Positions 28,101 to 39,450 of a stretch of DNA of 64,000 nt are shown here, piece after piece. Position numbers and translations under genes: made by a program. Source of the DNA: Narcine bancroftii (taxonomy: Eukaryota); assembly GCF_036971445.1 (NCBI RefSeq), contig NC_091481.1, positions 22,816,001-22,880,000 of the forward strand. Reading direction: 5' to 3'. Within the stretch, counting starts at the first letter, position 1, and every line of letters begins with the position of its first letter. A model generated the notes under the pieces. The model was not told where the DNA came from, did not search any database, and saw only the letters and a list, made by a program, of their open reading frames with translations.

Positions 28101-31100
28101 GTTACAGGGAAAGGTTGTGCAGACTGGGGCTTTTTTCTCTGGAGCGTAGAAGATTGAGAGGGGACTTGATAGAGGTGTTTAAGATTTTAAAAGGGACAGA
28201 CAGAGTAAATGTGGACAGGCTTTTTCAATTAAGAAAGGGGGAGATTCAAACTAGAGGACATGGTTTAAGATTGAAGGGGGAAAATTATAAGGGGAACATG
28301 AGGGGAAATTTCTTTACGCAGAGAGTGGTGGGGATGTGGAATGAGCTTCCGGCAGACGTGGTCGAGGTGGGATCATTGGTTACATTTAAGACTGGATCGT
28401 TACATGGATAGCAGGGGACTAGAGGGGTATGGACCGGGTGCTGGTCAGTGGGACTAGGAGGGTGGGGATTTGCTACGGCATAGACTAGTAGGGCCAAACT
28501 GGCATGTTCTGTGCTGTAAGTGGTTATATGGTTAAGTGCCCTGATAAAACTGGCTAATGAACAAATGGAAAAACAAGCCACAAGCTGGAGTCCTACATTG
28601 CACAAAGGAGCACGTCATGGTAGAATCCAGTCGTAAGCATCTTCAACTGCTTCGGTAATTACTTGCACTCTCCACTCAAAGGTCAAAAATGAGAGGGTTG
28701 CAAGAATAAATTCCATTTGCAATTCCTCAGCAAGACTGAGATAATGTTCATATTTGACCTGATAAGTAACAAGCTACATTTATGCTGCAGATGTGCACAG
28801 CAAGAAAGACCAAGCACCTACTGTAATACAGAAGTGCTGGAGAAACTCAGCAGGTCACACAGCATCCATAAGGTTATATCACCAATGTTTTGGGGCTGAG
28901 CCCTTCATCAAAGTATGAGCAAAAAGCAGACAGGTACCTGAACAAAAGGGTGGGGGTGTTAAAGTTTGTATTTTTGAGCTATCCAGAAATGAGTTATTAA
29001 GATTTTATTATGATTTTGTCTTTATTAAAAATACCAGTCCCTAGTTTTGAAACTGGGACCAGAGAGATCAACATGTTTACTAAGCATAAACACATCCCAG
29101 ACAAACAATTAAAACTAATCATCTCATCCTCTCAAAGTCATCTGAATTAATAACTTCAGCCATGTCCTGGATGAACAGCACACAAACAGGTTTACAGAAT
29201 CCAGAATCCTTTTTAACACAGTAGGCCCTTTCAAACTACCATGTAAAATGGGGTTAACCAGACAATTTTCCCCATTAGCATCCATTTACACAGCAGTTAG
29301 AAAGGCCCTGACCCAGTCAGAATCCAACTGGGTGCCTGACCTACCTCAGAGGTAGTCAAAAAAGCCAGTTGAACTTACCTAGGTCACGTCCACAGGCAAG
29401 TTGAAAACAAAAATGGCTGACCCGCTTACTTTGGCTTACTTTGCATGCTTCAATGGGTAGCCAGCATCCGAACGTCCAGCAGTACTTTCGGTGAGTACGT
29501 GGCGCAGCATTGCGGGGGCGGGATCTCCCTTAAATCGCCAGGTTGCCGATTTAAAAAGGTGCCCCAGTAATCCCAGGAGGGCTATCATGGTGCTGCAGTT
29601 TAAAAGAGGCTAGTAGCACTAACTAACTTTGCCTATCAGATTTGTATGCAAGAAATCCCTTATATACTGTATTGTTTTATTTGGATCTTTGAATGAGGTT
29701 CTGCCATTAACTAGGGTGACAGTGGGTCCACCTAACATGAACATCACTCACTGTGTTCTGTACTTCATGGTTCTACTGTATATTTTAGTACATTGACAGG
29801 CGGAATGTCTATCACGGTGGGGGGGTGGGGGGAAAGAGGAGCACAAGCTAACAAGTAGATATGGATGGGAGGGCAGAGAGAAAAAAAAGCCTGGGAAAGG
29901 GTAGCTTTTTGAATGGAGAGGGGATAGGGGTGGAGTGCTGGAGGACAGGACACCGAGGGATAGGGAAAAGGAGAGAAGGGAAGGGGCCTAACAGAAACCA
30001 GAGGTTGATGTTAATGCCATCTGGTTGGAGAGTGCCCAGATAGAAGAGTAGGTTTTGTTCCTCCGATTTGTGATCATTAACCAGAAAACAAATTGGACCA
30101 CTCAAGTAAAAACTAAAGCCATAATAGCAGGTCAAAGGCTCAATTTACTACACCAAACAACTCACCCACAGACACCACCTACAAAGAACAGACACGTGAC
30201 AAAATACTCTCCACCTGTCTGGATGGAGTACAGCATCAACAGCTCTTAAGAAAGTCAACCCATCCTAGTGAAGGCTGCCAGCTTAACTGGCAGTCCATTA
30301 ACAAGCCTAAACATTACTTCCTGCAATATGGGACACGGTGGCCAAAGCTCCAAATTACATTCTAGCTACTTGCCTAGGCTACACCAACAGAACTTCCCAA
30401 TCCCATGACCTTTACCCTGACAAGGACTGCAGATCCATGGGAACTGCCTCACTTGAAGATTCCCATCCAAGTCACAGGATTAATACTTCATAATTGCAGG
30501 TCTATATCCTGGAATTCCCCCTGAACAGTTGAGAACAAGAAACAGGCTTTTATCTGGAGGAATGCATTAACCAATTATACAACTCAAGATCTTGCATATC
30601 CAATAAACTAGATGTTTAAAAAAAAGTTGCTTGGATTTAAAACTCTAACTAGCCCAACACATTAGTGTAAATAGTAATATACAACGAGCTTTACAAGCAA
30701 TAAAAGTTTTTTTTTATAAAAGAGTTCTCAAAACTTAAAAATTGCTTACTTTATCTGATGTCATGGGCTTTGGTGGTTCATATATAGGTGGTCGATCTAG
30801 TTGAACTTCCTTGACATTAGTAGTCTCAGTACAAGCAGCAATCTCGATATTGTTTAATAAAGCGGAGTCTCCGGGGTTTTGTTGGGGCTGCATAGAAGAG
30901 CTGGTTGTTTGAACAATAGTTTTCTTATTCGGTGATTTTAATGAAATGTCAAGACTGGCTTGGGAATGGTCTTCAGGCTTGTTCCACATTCCAGGTGGAT
31001 GCAATTTCAGTGGAGCACTTTGATTCACCGAGGTCATTTTTTTTGGAGAACACGAGTTGGTTACACCCTTTAGAAGGGTCAAGTTTAATTTTGATTTCTT

Positions 31101-34100
31101 TATAAACAGTTCCATTGATTTATTGTGTAGACTTTTACCTTCCATTTCCTTGGATTTCTCTTTTGCAAGGTTTTCAAAATGCTGTGCCAAGAAGTTGGCT
31201 TCTCTTTCAATTTCAACGAACTTGTCAGTGTTCAGAGGACTCCAGTTCAAAGTTTCTATCATCTCTGATTTCTTCTCTTCCTTGCAATTTAAATTAATGC
31301 TAGCAGCCACACATTTTTCAATGTGCCCAACTGGACCAAGAAAAACTTCTTCATCGTCACTTTTACCGCTAGTAGTTAAAAAAAATTAAAACACTATTGT
31401 CAATGTTCAATTCCTTCTATTTGAAATACAAAGTTAAACATTCCTGTAACATTTCCCAAGACAAAACTTCTGCAGTTAACCTTGAACTCTGCTTCTCTGG
31501 ATCATAACCCAGTTGCTAACCTGTTCCTGGACCAGAGCAAGACTCCTGAACGTGCAGTTCCCATACCAATGAACATTGAGCTCTCTCCTGCTTCTGTCTA
31601 TAGAAACACATCGGTAACTTACAATTATTCTTAATGCAGACTTGCATCTTTTGTATTTCAAAAGCTACATTAAGCTACTTGCTATCTGGTACCTCGAAGT
31701 ACTCCAGCAACATGAAGTTGGGCAAGTTCTTTGTCTTGGAGGACTCAGAAAATCAGGGAAGAGTACAATTTTGTTCACCAATAGCAAGAAAATTTCTTCT
31801 CAATATCAGCCAAAAATATTAATTCATTCCCATCTAACCTCTCCTCCAATCTCATGACATCTTGCAGCCATTTCAGAATTAGCAAATTTTGAATTGATTT
31901 CAGTTAGATTCTAATCAATTCCACCCACACTCCAATCTATTGGGCCTCTCTTTGGAAATATTCAGGCTACATGCACTTTGCACTCAAATGGATTACTTGT
32001 ACATTTAAATACTGCCAGGCAAAGCACTGAGCCAAAGAACTCAAAGAGAAGCCACACGAAATTTGTCAGCTTCACCTGAAAAAGTTTCCACGAGGCAGTT
32101 TTTTCTGTCCTGTAAACCACAAAACTTTTGTTTCCCTGAAAGTAAAACGGACTTACCATATATTTCAGCGTATGTCAAGTCATGGATCCTAAAAAAAAAT
32201 CTCTCACATAAAATTGGGATCGACTAATATGCCAGATATACTTTTGATATCTTAAATTCAGCTCAAAATCCGATCTGGCGTATAAGTCGACCTTTGAAAA
32301 ACAAAAAAAAACCCACTGTGACAGATTTTCATTGAGATTTTTATTGATAACAACACAATTAGCACCCTTCAAAAATCGCTATCATTGTCTGAAAACAACA
32401 CATTTAAAACTCTTCAAAATCACTCTTGCTATCATTGCCTGAAGCAAAGATGGCAGCAAGCACATCCATACTCTCACTGTTTAAGCAGTCATCACATAGT
32501 TCCCAGTCTGTATCTGATGAGGTGATTTCAGCTTCGCCATCAGTATCCAACAATAAATCCTCTTCCGTGCTATCAACTGCACAAGAGATATGGCACTTTT
32601 TAAATTATTTTTATCACAGTCTCTACTTTAACTTTGTCCCCTGCCTTGAGCACAAAGTTACACAGCATGTCAAGTGATCCAGCACGCATTGCCCTGCCAT
32701 TTGTAAACTACTTTTCTGCACTCAACATCCATGTATTCCATTCAAAGACCATGTGCGCGAGGAATGGAATACATGGATGTTGAGTGCAGAAAGGTACTTT
32801 ATAAACGGCGGGGCAATCCGTGCTGGATCACTTGATATGCTGCGTAACTTCGCAATTGTTCAAGCAGACATCGAGAGGTTGCAATATAGATGTTGAACCA
32901 CCTGGGATGACCACCGTGTTAGTATTATGTAATGCTAATCTACTTTTAGTCCTCTCAGTTAAGTAGCTATGAAACACATCCAAGACCAGCACACTCTATT
33001 CTTTGCATAAACCACCTGGCCGCCTGTTCCACACATTGTCTATCCATAGTTGTACACCATTTCCATCCATCTATCCTTTTTCATGAAAACGTACAAAAAT
33101 AGCTGCAGGGAATTTTATTTTAGGTTTAATTTTGCTTTTGAAGATTATCATGGGTCTTAACTTTGTCCCGTCGGCCATGTACAATAATGCCACAGTAAAC
33201 CCGGTCCTTTTGTGGCCTGTACTTCTGGTTTGCAGTTTTAACACCTTTCCATTCCATTGTTCTGTCACCAATCATGCTGAAATATATGGGGGGGGGGTTT
33301 GTCCAAGTTTCCGATATTTGCTGATACAAACTGATATTTCTGCCAATTATGTATAATTGTATATTTAATTCCATCTTTCTTCCATTTAGATCTACTTATA
33401 ACTTAAAACTTTATGATCTTTTTTTTGGCATAATACCAGATTTTTTTTCCATTCAAGAAACGATTGCAGCAGCCTACTGTAGCCTCAAAATCATCACTGA
33501 GGACTGGGTGTGACTTGGCCCACTGCAGTGCAAATGTTCTTACTTTATTTCAGTTGATTATGTCGCAATCTTGCCTCTATTCACATACCCATTCTGCAAC
33601 ATGATTTTCCAACTCTGGCCAATGAGTGATTCCTTTTCTCAAAGGACATTGTCTTTTTGTTATGTTTCTTAGTCTCTTCTTTCTTCCTCCAATCTTTTAC
33701 CAACTTCTCATTCACATCAAATTTTCTTGCAGCAGTGAATTGTTTTTCTTGCCATTTCTATCACTTTCAACTTAAAGCTCACTTCATATTTTCTTCGTGT
33801 GCTGCGTTGTTGATCGACCCTCCATGACAGCAATCACCTCCAGCCAACGCCCAGAAGATCAATCCAGAACAATGGAATGGAAAGATGTTAAAACTGCAAA
33901 CCAAGAGTACAGGCCATGAAAGGACTGGGCATTTTTGTAAGTTTTCATGAATTTATGGGGGGGGTTGATGTATACGCCAGTCAACAGCCCATCTCAGACA
34001 TTGCAAACTTTGTGGGGTGGGGGTATAAACTTGTATGCCGGTCAACAACCAGAAAATTGGGATCGATTTGTATGCCAGATACACCATAAAACTCTTAAAA

Positions 34101-36969
34101 TGAGGCTGAAAAAAGGGGGTGGGGGTCAACTTGTACACCAGATACACCATAAAACCCTTAAAATGAGGCTAAAAAAAAGGGGGGTTAGAGGTCGACTTGA
34201 ACACCAGTTGACTTATACGCCAAAATATATATCAAATACGGTGGGAAAAACAAACAAAATCTGCGGCAGTGGAATACCTGAAACATTATCAGTAATGTTC
34301 AAAATACTCAGCAAGTCAGGCAACATCTGTGGAAAGAGAAACCGAGCTCAGGCTTCATGACTGAGACCTTGTCATCTCAAAGCTGAAGCATTAACTTGGT
34401 TTCTCTTTCCACAGATGCAGGCTGACTTTCTGGGCATTTTCTAAGTGCACATTCTACCAATTTTGGTAGCAACAGATGTATTCCAAAACAGTACTCCACA
34501 ATAACTCATACCATACAAATTAAAACCAGCTTGAACTGGAATTCAGTTACCCAAGGCACAGGAAAGAAAAATTTAAGGGGATGGAACTACAACTTCCTCA
34601 GCAAATCCTGTGAAACTTTGAAACACTGCCACAGATAATTGTAAATGCCAATTCATTTAACATATTCAAGGAACAAATCAACATTTCTTAATATTAATGG
34701 AAACAAGGAATAATGTATTATTACAATTCAATCCTGACCTCAGGCGCTGCCTGAGTAGTGTTTCCACAGGTATTCTAGTTTTCTGTCATATACCAAAGAC
34801 ATGCCAGCAAGTTAATTTATTACTGTAAACCACCTCTTAGATAAGGTGGATAACAAAAAGGATCAAAGGGGAGATCACAGACCTGTGTGAGAGGATAAGT
34901 TGCAGTAATACAAGGAAAGGAAAATGGAAATGCTTACATCAGAGCAGTTGTGGACTGAATGGGCTGAACAGCTGTCTTCCCCATCCATATTCAGCCAGCA
35001 ACTTAAACGATAGAGTAGACTCAATATGCCACACAGAAAGTGAAGCAATTAAAGAGAAGTAACAACACCAAGCACCATCACGAGTTACATTGACAGTCAA
35101 TTCAAGTGCAAGACAAGAACCAAACAGAAAAGAAAGGACACCTTTGATGATCCAAAGGTTGAAATTACTCTCAAAGATCTAAACTGGACGGCTTGAAATG
35201 TCAATTGCCAGTGAAAACCCAAGTCGTCTCATGCATGTTTCTTAAAGAGAGCGAAATTTAGTGGCACACAAATGCTCTCCAGAGATATGGATAGCAGTCA
35301 AACAGGAACAGTTTCTCTGCTCCAGAATGACTGATCTCAATCTCATCACCTACTTTTTTCCTTTAATTTTTTAAAAAATCATATTCAAAAAGAAACAAAA
35401 ACAACTGAAATATTCCTGAAAACTTCATTGTGCTTTATGTCAGCCCCCTTATCTAAATCATCTAAGAAGTTCTGAAGATAATCAGTCTGAATTCGATAGG
35501 ATCAGGCATCATACTACTGCCAAAATATTTCCTGAGCCCACAAATCTTTCTTTCTCCAAAGAGGCTGGTGGGAACTTATTTTCATTTCAGATCTGTATCA
35601 TCCCACAAATAATTTTAATGAAATTGTACTCTTCAGTCACACCATTTTTATAGCTTCAAAGAATTTTCATCAAATGAAATGACCAATATCCACTTTCACA
35701 TTATTTCCATATAGTGCACTTGAAATGCTGTATAGAACAACCAACGATTTTCACAGAGTAACAAATTCTAAGAAATTGTTCATTTCACAACTCATTTCAA
35801 TTGATTGGCCTCAAAATTATATCTGAATTAGTATTTTAAAATGCTTTTGCTTCTATTGTTCATTGTTTGTCAAACCCAATCATACTTGGAAACTTGCAAA
35901 TTTTGTGTTTTGTTCATAACCATACACCTTATCACCAAAACTATTCTCTTTCTAACCGCTGATTAGGTATCATGAAATACCCTGAAATTATATGGAATTT
36001 TATCCAGTACATTTTAGATTTAGACATTAATTGCCTTGTAATTTGTCCACTATTGTAGACATGTTTAAAAACGTGAAAAATGTTACCTTAAAGGAGATAA
36101 AAGAATCTCAAAGTCAGTATTCTCCTCAGACAGAAGATTGAAATCTGAAAGTACAAATGACATTCTGAACTCAATGAACAGACATCAGACAGACATTATT
36201 GTAACTACAGTAAAATCCCCATGATACAGAATTCAAGTAACCAGCAAAAAAAAACTGCAGAAAATAAATAGGCAAAAATTTGTTCTGTTAAAAAGTATGG
36301 TCAGGTTAATTAGACATCTCCTCAGCAGTCAGCAATTCCCTGAATAGATCAATTTATCTAATTTTCTTTAGAATTATGGAATCCATTATGTTGTATTTTA
36401 TCCCATTATCCACCTGACTCACCATCTACAGCAAGGATGAAGATATGGAGGATGCAGATAATTCTAAAGAGTACTACACTGTGTTCTTTCACATTCTTTG
36501 TTCCACTTATCTTGGAATCACCAACTCTTGTTACCATGGTATAAATGTTTCATGCGACCAGTACAATCACTCCAATGCTGAATCTCTGATTAACTTCCTC
36601 TGCACTTAGCATTTAAGACTAACACCAGTACAGATAACCAGTTAATGAAGATCAGCCAGCTTGGTTTCAAAAACTAGCCTCTTTTTTAATGTCAGCTTGA
36701 AGTAAGAATACCTCACCCACACTACAATCGCACAGATAATAAAATTAACCCTCGACCCATGTCATTCAATCAAACCTGCCCCTCCTTGTACTTTTTATTG
36801 TGTTTAACCCCAAGTACACACTAATCATTTATCAAAAAAATGGTGGAGTTAGCCCCTCATGGCTAATTTCTATAGACATCACAATCAGTGCAAACAGAAC
36901 TTTTATATTAAAAAAACTCAATAGAATTGAAGATCAAGTTTGATTACCATTCTCACTTGGCAAATCCAT
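10068..36969 (-). CDS. GTSE1: GTSE1 (G2 and S phase-expressed 1), spliced CDS, 1881 nt / 626 aa
   Basis: Exons 36969-36948, 36144-36087, 31368-30750, 24026-23879, 20356-20021, 16997-16925, 16097-15846, 12746-12575, 12335-12222 and 10154-10068 join in frame with GT-AG ends. N-terminal GTSE1 domain DDEEVFLGPVGHIEKC..WSPL..KFVEIEREAN; C-terminus LIDFSSPLILLSPADKENVDVNSPLLKF. Confidence 0.9.
12222..12335 (-). CDS. GTSE1: GTSE1 exon
   Basis: NLLIEINSKNRKGEDHPLIDLSNTPDQKKIVPLKALEL; 114 nt, phase 0-0, AG/GTAAG. Confidence 0.88.
12575..12746 (-). CDS. GTSE1: GTSE1 exon
   Basis: NKQKLLEKPRVLSSPNSSEDEMSLPLVPCILDFSP..IKE; 172 nt, phase 2-0. Confidence 0.85.
13150..15800 (+). mobile_element. Degraded CR1 LINE ORF2, interrupted by an RTE insert
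   Basis: Endonuclease/RT remnants: WRPVTNGVLQG, ISKFADYTKI, FNADKCEVLHFG, PNLEYCGQFW. Confidence 0.85.
14328..14713 (+). mobile_element. RTE-clade LINE 3' fragment nested in CR1
   Basis: Uninterrupted YGELSNGHRDRGAPKKRYKDCLK..FPCSRCNRVCLSHIGLVSHKRAC (RTE C-terminus with zinc finger), short AAGCC/AAAG tail, AGAT on both flanks. Confidence 0.85.
15846..16097 (-). CDS. GTSE1: GTSE1 exon carrying tandem SxIP motifs
   Basis: ..RQLSGLPTPLNRRLSSIPTFTPRTQPR..; 252 nt, phase 2-2, GTGAG donor. Confidence 0.9.
16925..16997 (-). CDS. GTSE1: GTSE1 exon
   Basis: 73 nt, phase 1-2, SSPGTARPNKTQPKKPSVCNTFER; AAG acceptor. Confidence 0.8.
17170..19660 (-). mobile_element. Degraded CR1 LINE (endonuclease to 3' tail)
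   Basis: LYKMLVRPHLEYCVWFWSP and MEFNADKCE motifs; CR1-type 3' end at ~17170-17230. Confidence 0.85.
20021..20356 (-). CDS. GTSE1: GTSE1 exon
   Basis: 336 nt open S/T/K-rich exon SSLNMPLN..RAPQKFN; phase 1-1. Confidence 0.82.
20530..23200 (-). mobile_element. L1-clade LINE ORF2 relic with a second L1 (~21210-22230) nested in it
   Basis: RT LFFLAIEPL..SGYKINMDKSEI..IKYLGI; cysteine-rich C-terminus CFRCGAEIG..WSCVKVRPFW. The nested copy has its own WLHRLYTTPQKL and 3'UTR. Confidence 0.82.
23879..24026 (-). CDS. GTSE1: GTSE1 exon
   Basis: LCIHKPSGLKASSS..SLHSNHRTSPPVGR; 148 nt, phase 0-1, tgcag/gtaagt. Confidence 0.85.
24590..25540 (-). mobile_element. Rex1/Babar-like LINE fragment
   Basis: WCENNNQSFNVDKTKEMVGDFRR and GGCITVWYGCC; same family as 4221-5260. 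Confidence 0.78.
25677..28534 (+). mobile_element. Near full-length CR1 ORF2 (APE endonuclease + RT), antisense in a GTSE1 intron, disabled
   Basis: FNARSI..ISETW..YRPP..GDFN..SDH endonuclease; QHGF..LDFSKAFD..GVPQGSVLGP..FADDTK RT. A few stops and frameshifts. TGGTTATA-type tail. Confidence 0.95.
29225..29610. mobile_element. Harbinger-like MITE
   Basis: Imperfect TIR GCCCTTTCAAACT..AGTTTAAAAGAGGC, flanked by TAG on both sides. Confidence 0.45.
29815..30075 (-). mobile_element. Penelope-like element 3' remnant
   Basis: EEQNLLFYLGTLQPDGINI resembles the C-terminal GIY-YIG segment of Penelope elements. Confidence 0.55.
30750..31368 (-). CDS. GTSE1: GTSE1 large exon (GTSE1 N-terminal domain)
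   Basis: 619 nt, phase 2-0; DDEEVFLGPVGHIEKCVAASI..WSPLNTDKFVEIEREANFLA. Confidence 0.93.
32157..34241 (-). mobile_element. pogo/Tc2-like DNA transposon, decayed and internally rearranged
   Basis: TIR-like ends CCATATATTTCAGCGTAT / CTTATACGCCAAAATAT..TACGG. DDE-family transposase pieces STGHKRTGFTVAL..ADGTKLRPMIIFK, VIPGGSTSILQPLDV, and an HTH region at ~33600-33800. Confidence 0.82.
36087..36144 (-). CDS. GTSE1: GTSE1 58-nt exon
   Basis: DFNLLSEENTDFEILLSPL, similar to mammalian DILLLADEKFDFDLSLS; phase 1-2. Confidence 0.88.
36948..36969 (-). CDS. GTSE1: GTSE1 first coding exon (exon begins at 36993)
   Basis: ttgccag| 24 nt UTR, gaaATGg context, MDLPSEN plus a phase-1 GTAAT donor that fits the next exon. 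Confidence 0.78.
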
Positions 36970-37698
36970 TTCTTTAACTGTTGATCTATGTAGCTGGCAA
37001 AAACTGAGCATTTCAAACAAAAAAATGAAATACAAAGTCTTTTAGGACATTTCGATATTTGTTATTCAAAAGCATAGACATATACACAAACAACTCAATC
37101 TCTAATATAGCAGTGATCTCATTCACAATACATTATATCCGCAAGCTTGAGAATGTATCCTATAAACATGATCTGAGGCTACTAACTTTGCAGCTATTGC
37201 TATGACCATTTACAAAGTGTTGTTTTGGGTTTAATGACGTGATTTATGTGCATTTTATGGAAATAAATCAGCATAATTGTTCACTATGTTTCCTTAAAGT
37301 TATATTTTTATGTCCGAGAGAGATTCCAGAAGGCAGGCAAACAACCCTACTGAGCAATAATGATCACGGTTTGCTGGCATTTGGAAAATTACAAGAGAAA
37401 AGTTTATTTTTAAATTGTTAAATTACACATACAGCAATGTAACAGGCTAATTTGGCTCCACGAGTCCATGCCACCCATTTTACACCCCATTAAGCTACAT
37501 CTCGGTATGTTTATTGAAGGGTGGGAAAACCCACGCGGACAAGGGGAGAACATAAAAACTCCTTACAGACATAAAACACACACAGTTGGGGAGAAAATGG
37601 AAAAGGTCACTATGTATATATACATACTGAGTTTGTGTAGATATTGTTAGAGATTTGTTATATTGTGACGTATTAAATAAAAAATGTGAAACACACAC

Positions 37699-38452
37699 GT
37701 ACTCCCTGACTTACGGCCATCTGCAAATATGACCGAATTTTTAAAAAATTCAGTATAAGAAAAAATATGAAATTTTGTATTTGACAAATTATAACAGGGA
37801 TACAGGCATGCAAGAGCCAATATGTGCGCACTTACCTTGTTAGTCGGTGTCCAGAGGTCCATAGGCTGGGCCCTGCCGTCTTGATTCCTGTGCGCATGTG
37901 CAGTGAGTTCAATACTCGGTTGGTGCAGGCACAGAGTTAAGGGCACGAATTCAATATCGTCAGGGCGCTTCACTCTCACACATGCACCAACTGAACACCA
38001 ATACACGCACCCCCTGTGCATGCGCCAACCGAACTCACGCACAAGGACAGGAATCAAGACGGTCTCACCCAGCCTATGGACCCCAGGAAGCCGATTAACA
38101 AAGTACGTATGCACATTTTGGCTCTTACCCGCCCTGTATCCCTGTTATAATTTGTCAAATACAACATAAATTGCGTAAATTCTATATCGAGCTGGAACAG
38201 GGTACTGAGTGGATGATCAGCCATGATCAAAATGAATGGCGGTGTAGGCTTGAAGGGCCAAATGGCCTACTCCTACACCTATTTTCTATGTTATAGTTTG
38301 TCAAATACAACAAAAATCTACGACGATACAAGATCTGATTAAAAAGTTTGCTTTAAGACTTCGGTACTCCACAGGCGCAGGCAAATTTCCAACTTTTGTC
38401 CATTCCGAGATCCTTCCGTCCCAATTATGGTCATAAGTCGGTGGCTACCTGT
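37699..38452. mobile_element. Tigger-like foldback MITE with a small CR1-tail insert (~38190-38292)
   Basis: Ends GTACTCCCTGACTTACGGCC / GGTCATAAGTCGGTGGCTACCTG|TA; long internal inverted repeat at 37775-38164. Confidence 0.7.
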
Positions 38453-39019
38453 ACACACTACACATACATATATTTGTATAAATATATATGCAAGGGGATT
38501 AGTTTTTTTTAGGTCAATATCAGGCAGCACTGAAATGAATTGCTATATATATATATTATACTGAATCATACTATATATTTCCACCGCAAATGGAACAAAG
38601 TAGAGCCAACACATGTATAGCAAACAAGTGCACTTTACAATCATGATCTTCAGATCTGTATCAGAAAACCTGTAATCTATTGGCAATAAATTGCCTGTTA
38701 AACCCATTAGGGAGCAATACAGAAAAGAAAACCTTATCTTTCCACAACCAAATGTGGAAAGATAAGGATTCCACTTCCACCCTTGCAGGCCAGTTTGATC
38801 CTGAACCGTGCATTGCAGAAGACTCCAGTTTCTTTTCCATCTTTAACCTGGTCCTTCCAGATACGTGGGCGATGGTGAGGAAGAGGTCCGACAGTGAGGT
38901 GCATTCCAGGGCTGGACTGAACTACGCCGGGTGGAACAGGCGCCCCAGTGAATGGGACCACGGCCCGGGCCGGGCTGTGTCGGTGGGAGAGGGAGAGGGA
39001 GGGGGGGCTCGCACAATCC

Positions 39020-39270
39020 CTGCCTCCTCCCTCCTTCTCCCTCCCCCTCCTCCTCTCTCCCTCCCTCCTCCTCTCTCCCTCCCTCCTCCTCTCTCCCTCC
39101 CTCCTTCCCTCTCCCTCCTTCCCCCTCCCTCTCCCTCCTTCCCCCTCCCTCTCCCTCCTTCCCCCTCCCCCCCTCCCCCTCCTTCCCCCTCCCCCCCTCT
39201 CTCCCTCCTTCCCCCTCCCCCCTCTCCCTCCTCCCCCCTCTCCCTCCTCCCCCCTCTCTCCCTCCTTCCC
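39020..39270. repeat. Polypyrimidine/polypurine (CCT/CCCT) low-complexity tract
   Basis: About 250 nt of essentially C/T only on the + strand. Confidence 0.95.
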
Positions 39271-39287
39271 ACGAACCCTCTCTTCAC

Positions 39288-39450
39288 TTTCTCCAGCTCC
39301 GCGATGGGCTCCTCTCCGACACAATTTTAAATTTAGTCACATGATAAAGACATTATCTTCTCATTGGGGGGTTTTAAAAACCGAACCGTTGGTCACGTGG
39401 GCCGCCGCCGCCCTGGCAAAGCATTGTGGGACTTGGAGTTTCCACGCCCA
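39288..39450 (-). promoter_or_regulatory. GTSE1: Probable GTSE1 promoter and non-coding exon 1
   Basis: CpG-rich. Candidate donor AAA|GTGAAG at 39287, CHR-like TTTAAA at 39326-39331 and 39373-39378, CCAAT (minus) at 39363-39367, CACGTG at 39394-39399. Confidence 0.55.

Noticed and set aside
25709-28411. Endonuclease and RT ORFs as a novel retron-like or host system
   Set aside because: Standard CR1 ORF2 broken by stops and frameshifts.
29371-29500. Strong minus-strand donor AG|GTAAGT as the missing GTSE1 exon
   Set aside because: Lies inside a MITE, has a TAG immediately before the donor in phase 0, and shows no GTSE1-like peptide.
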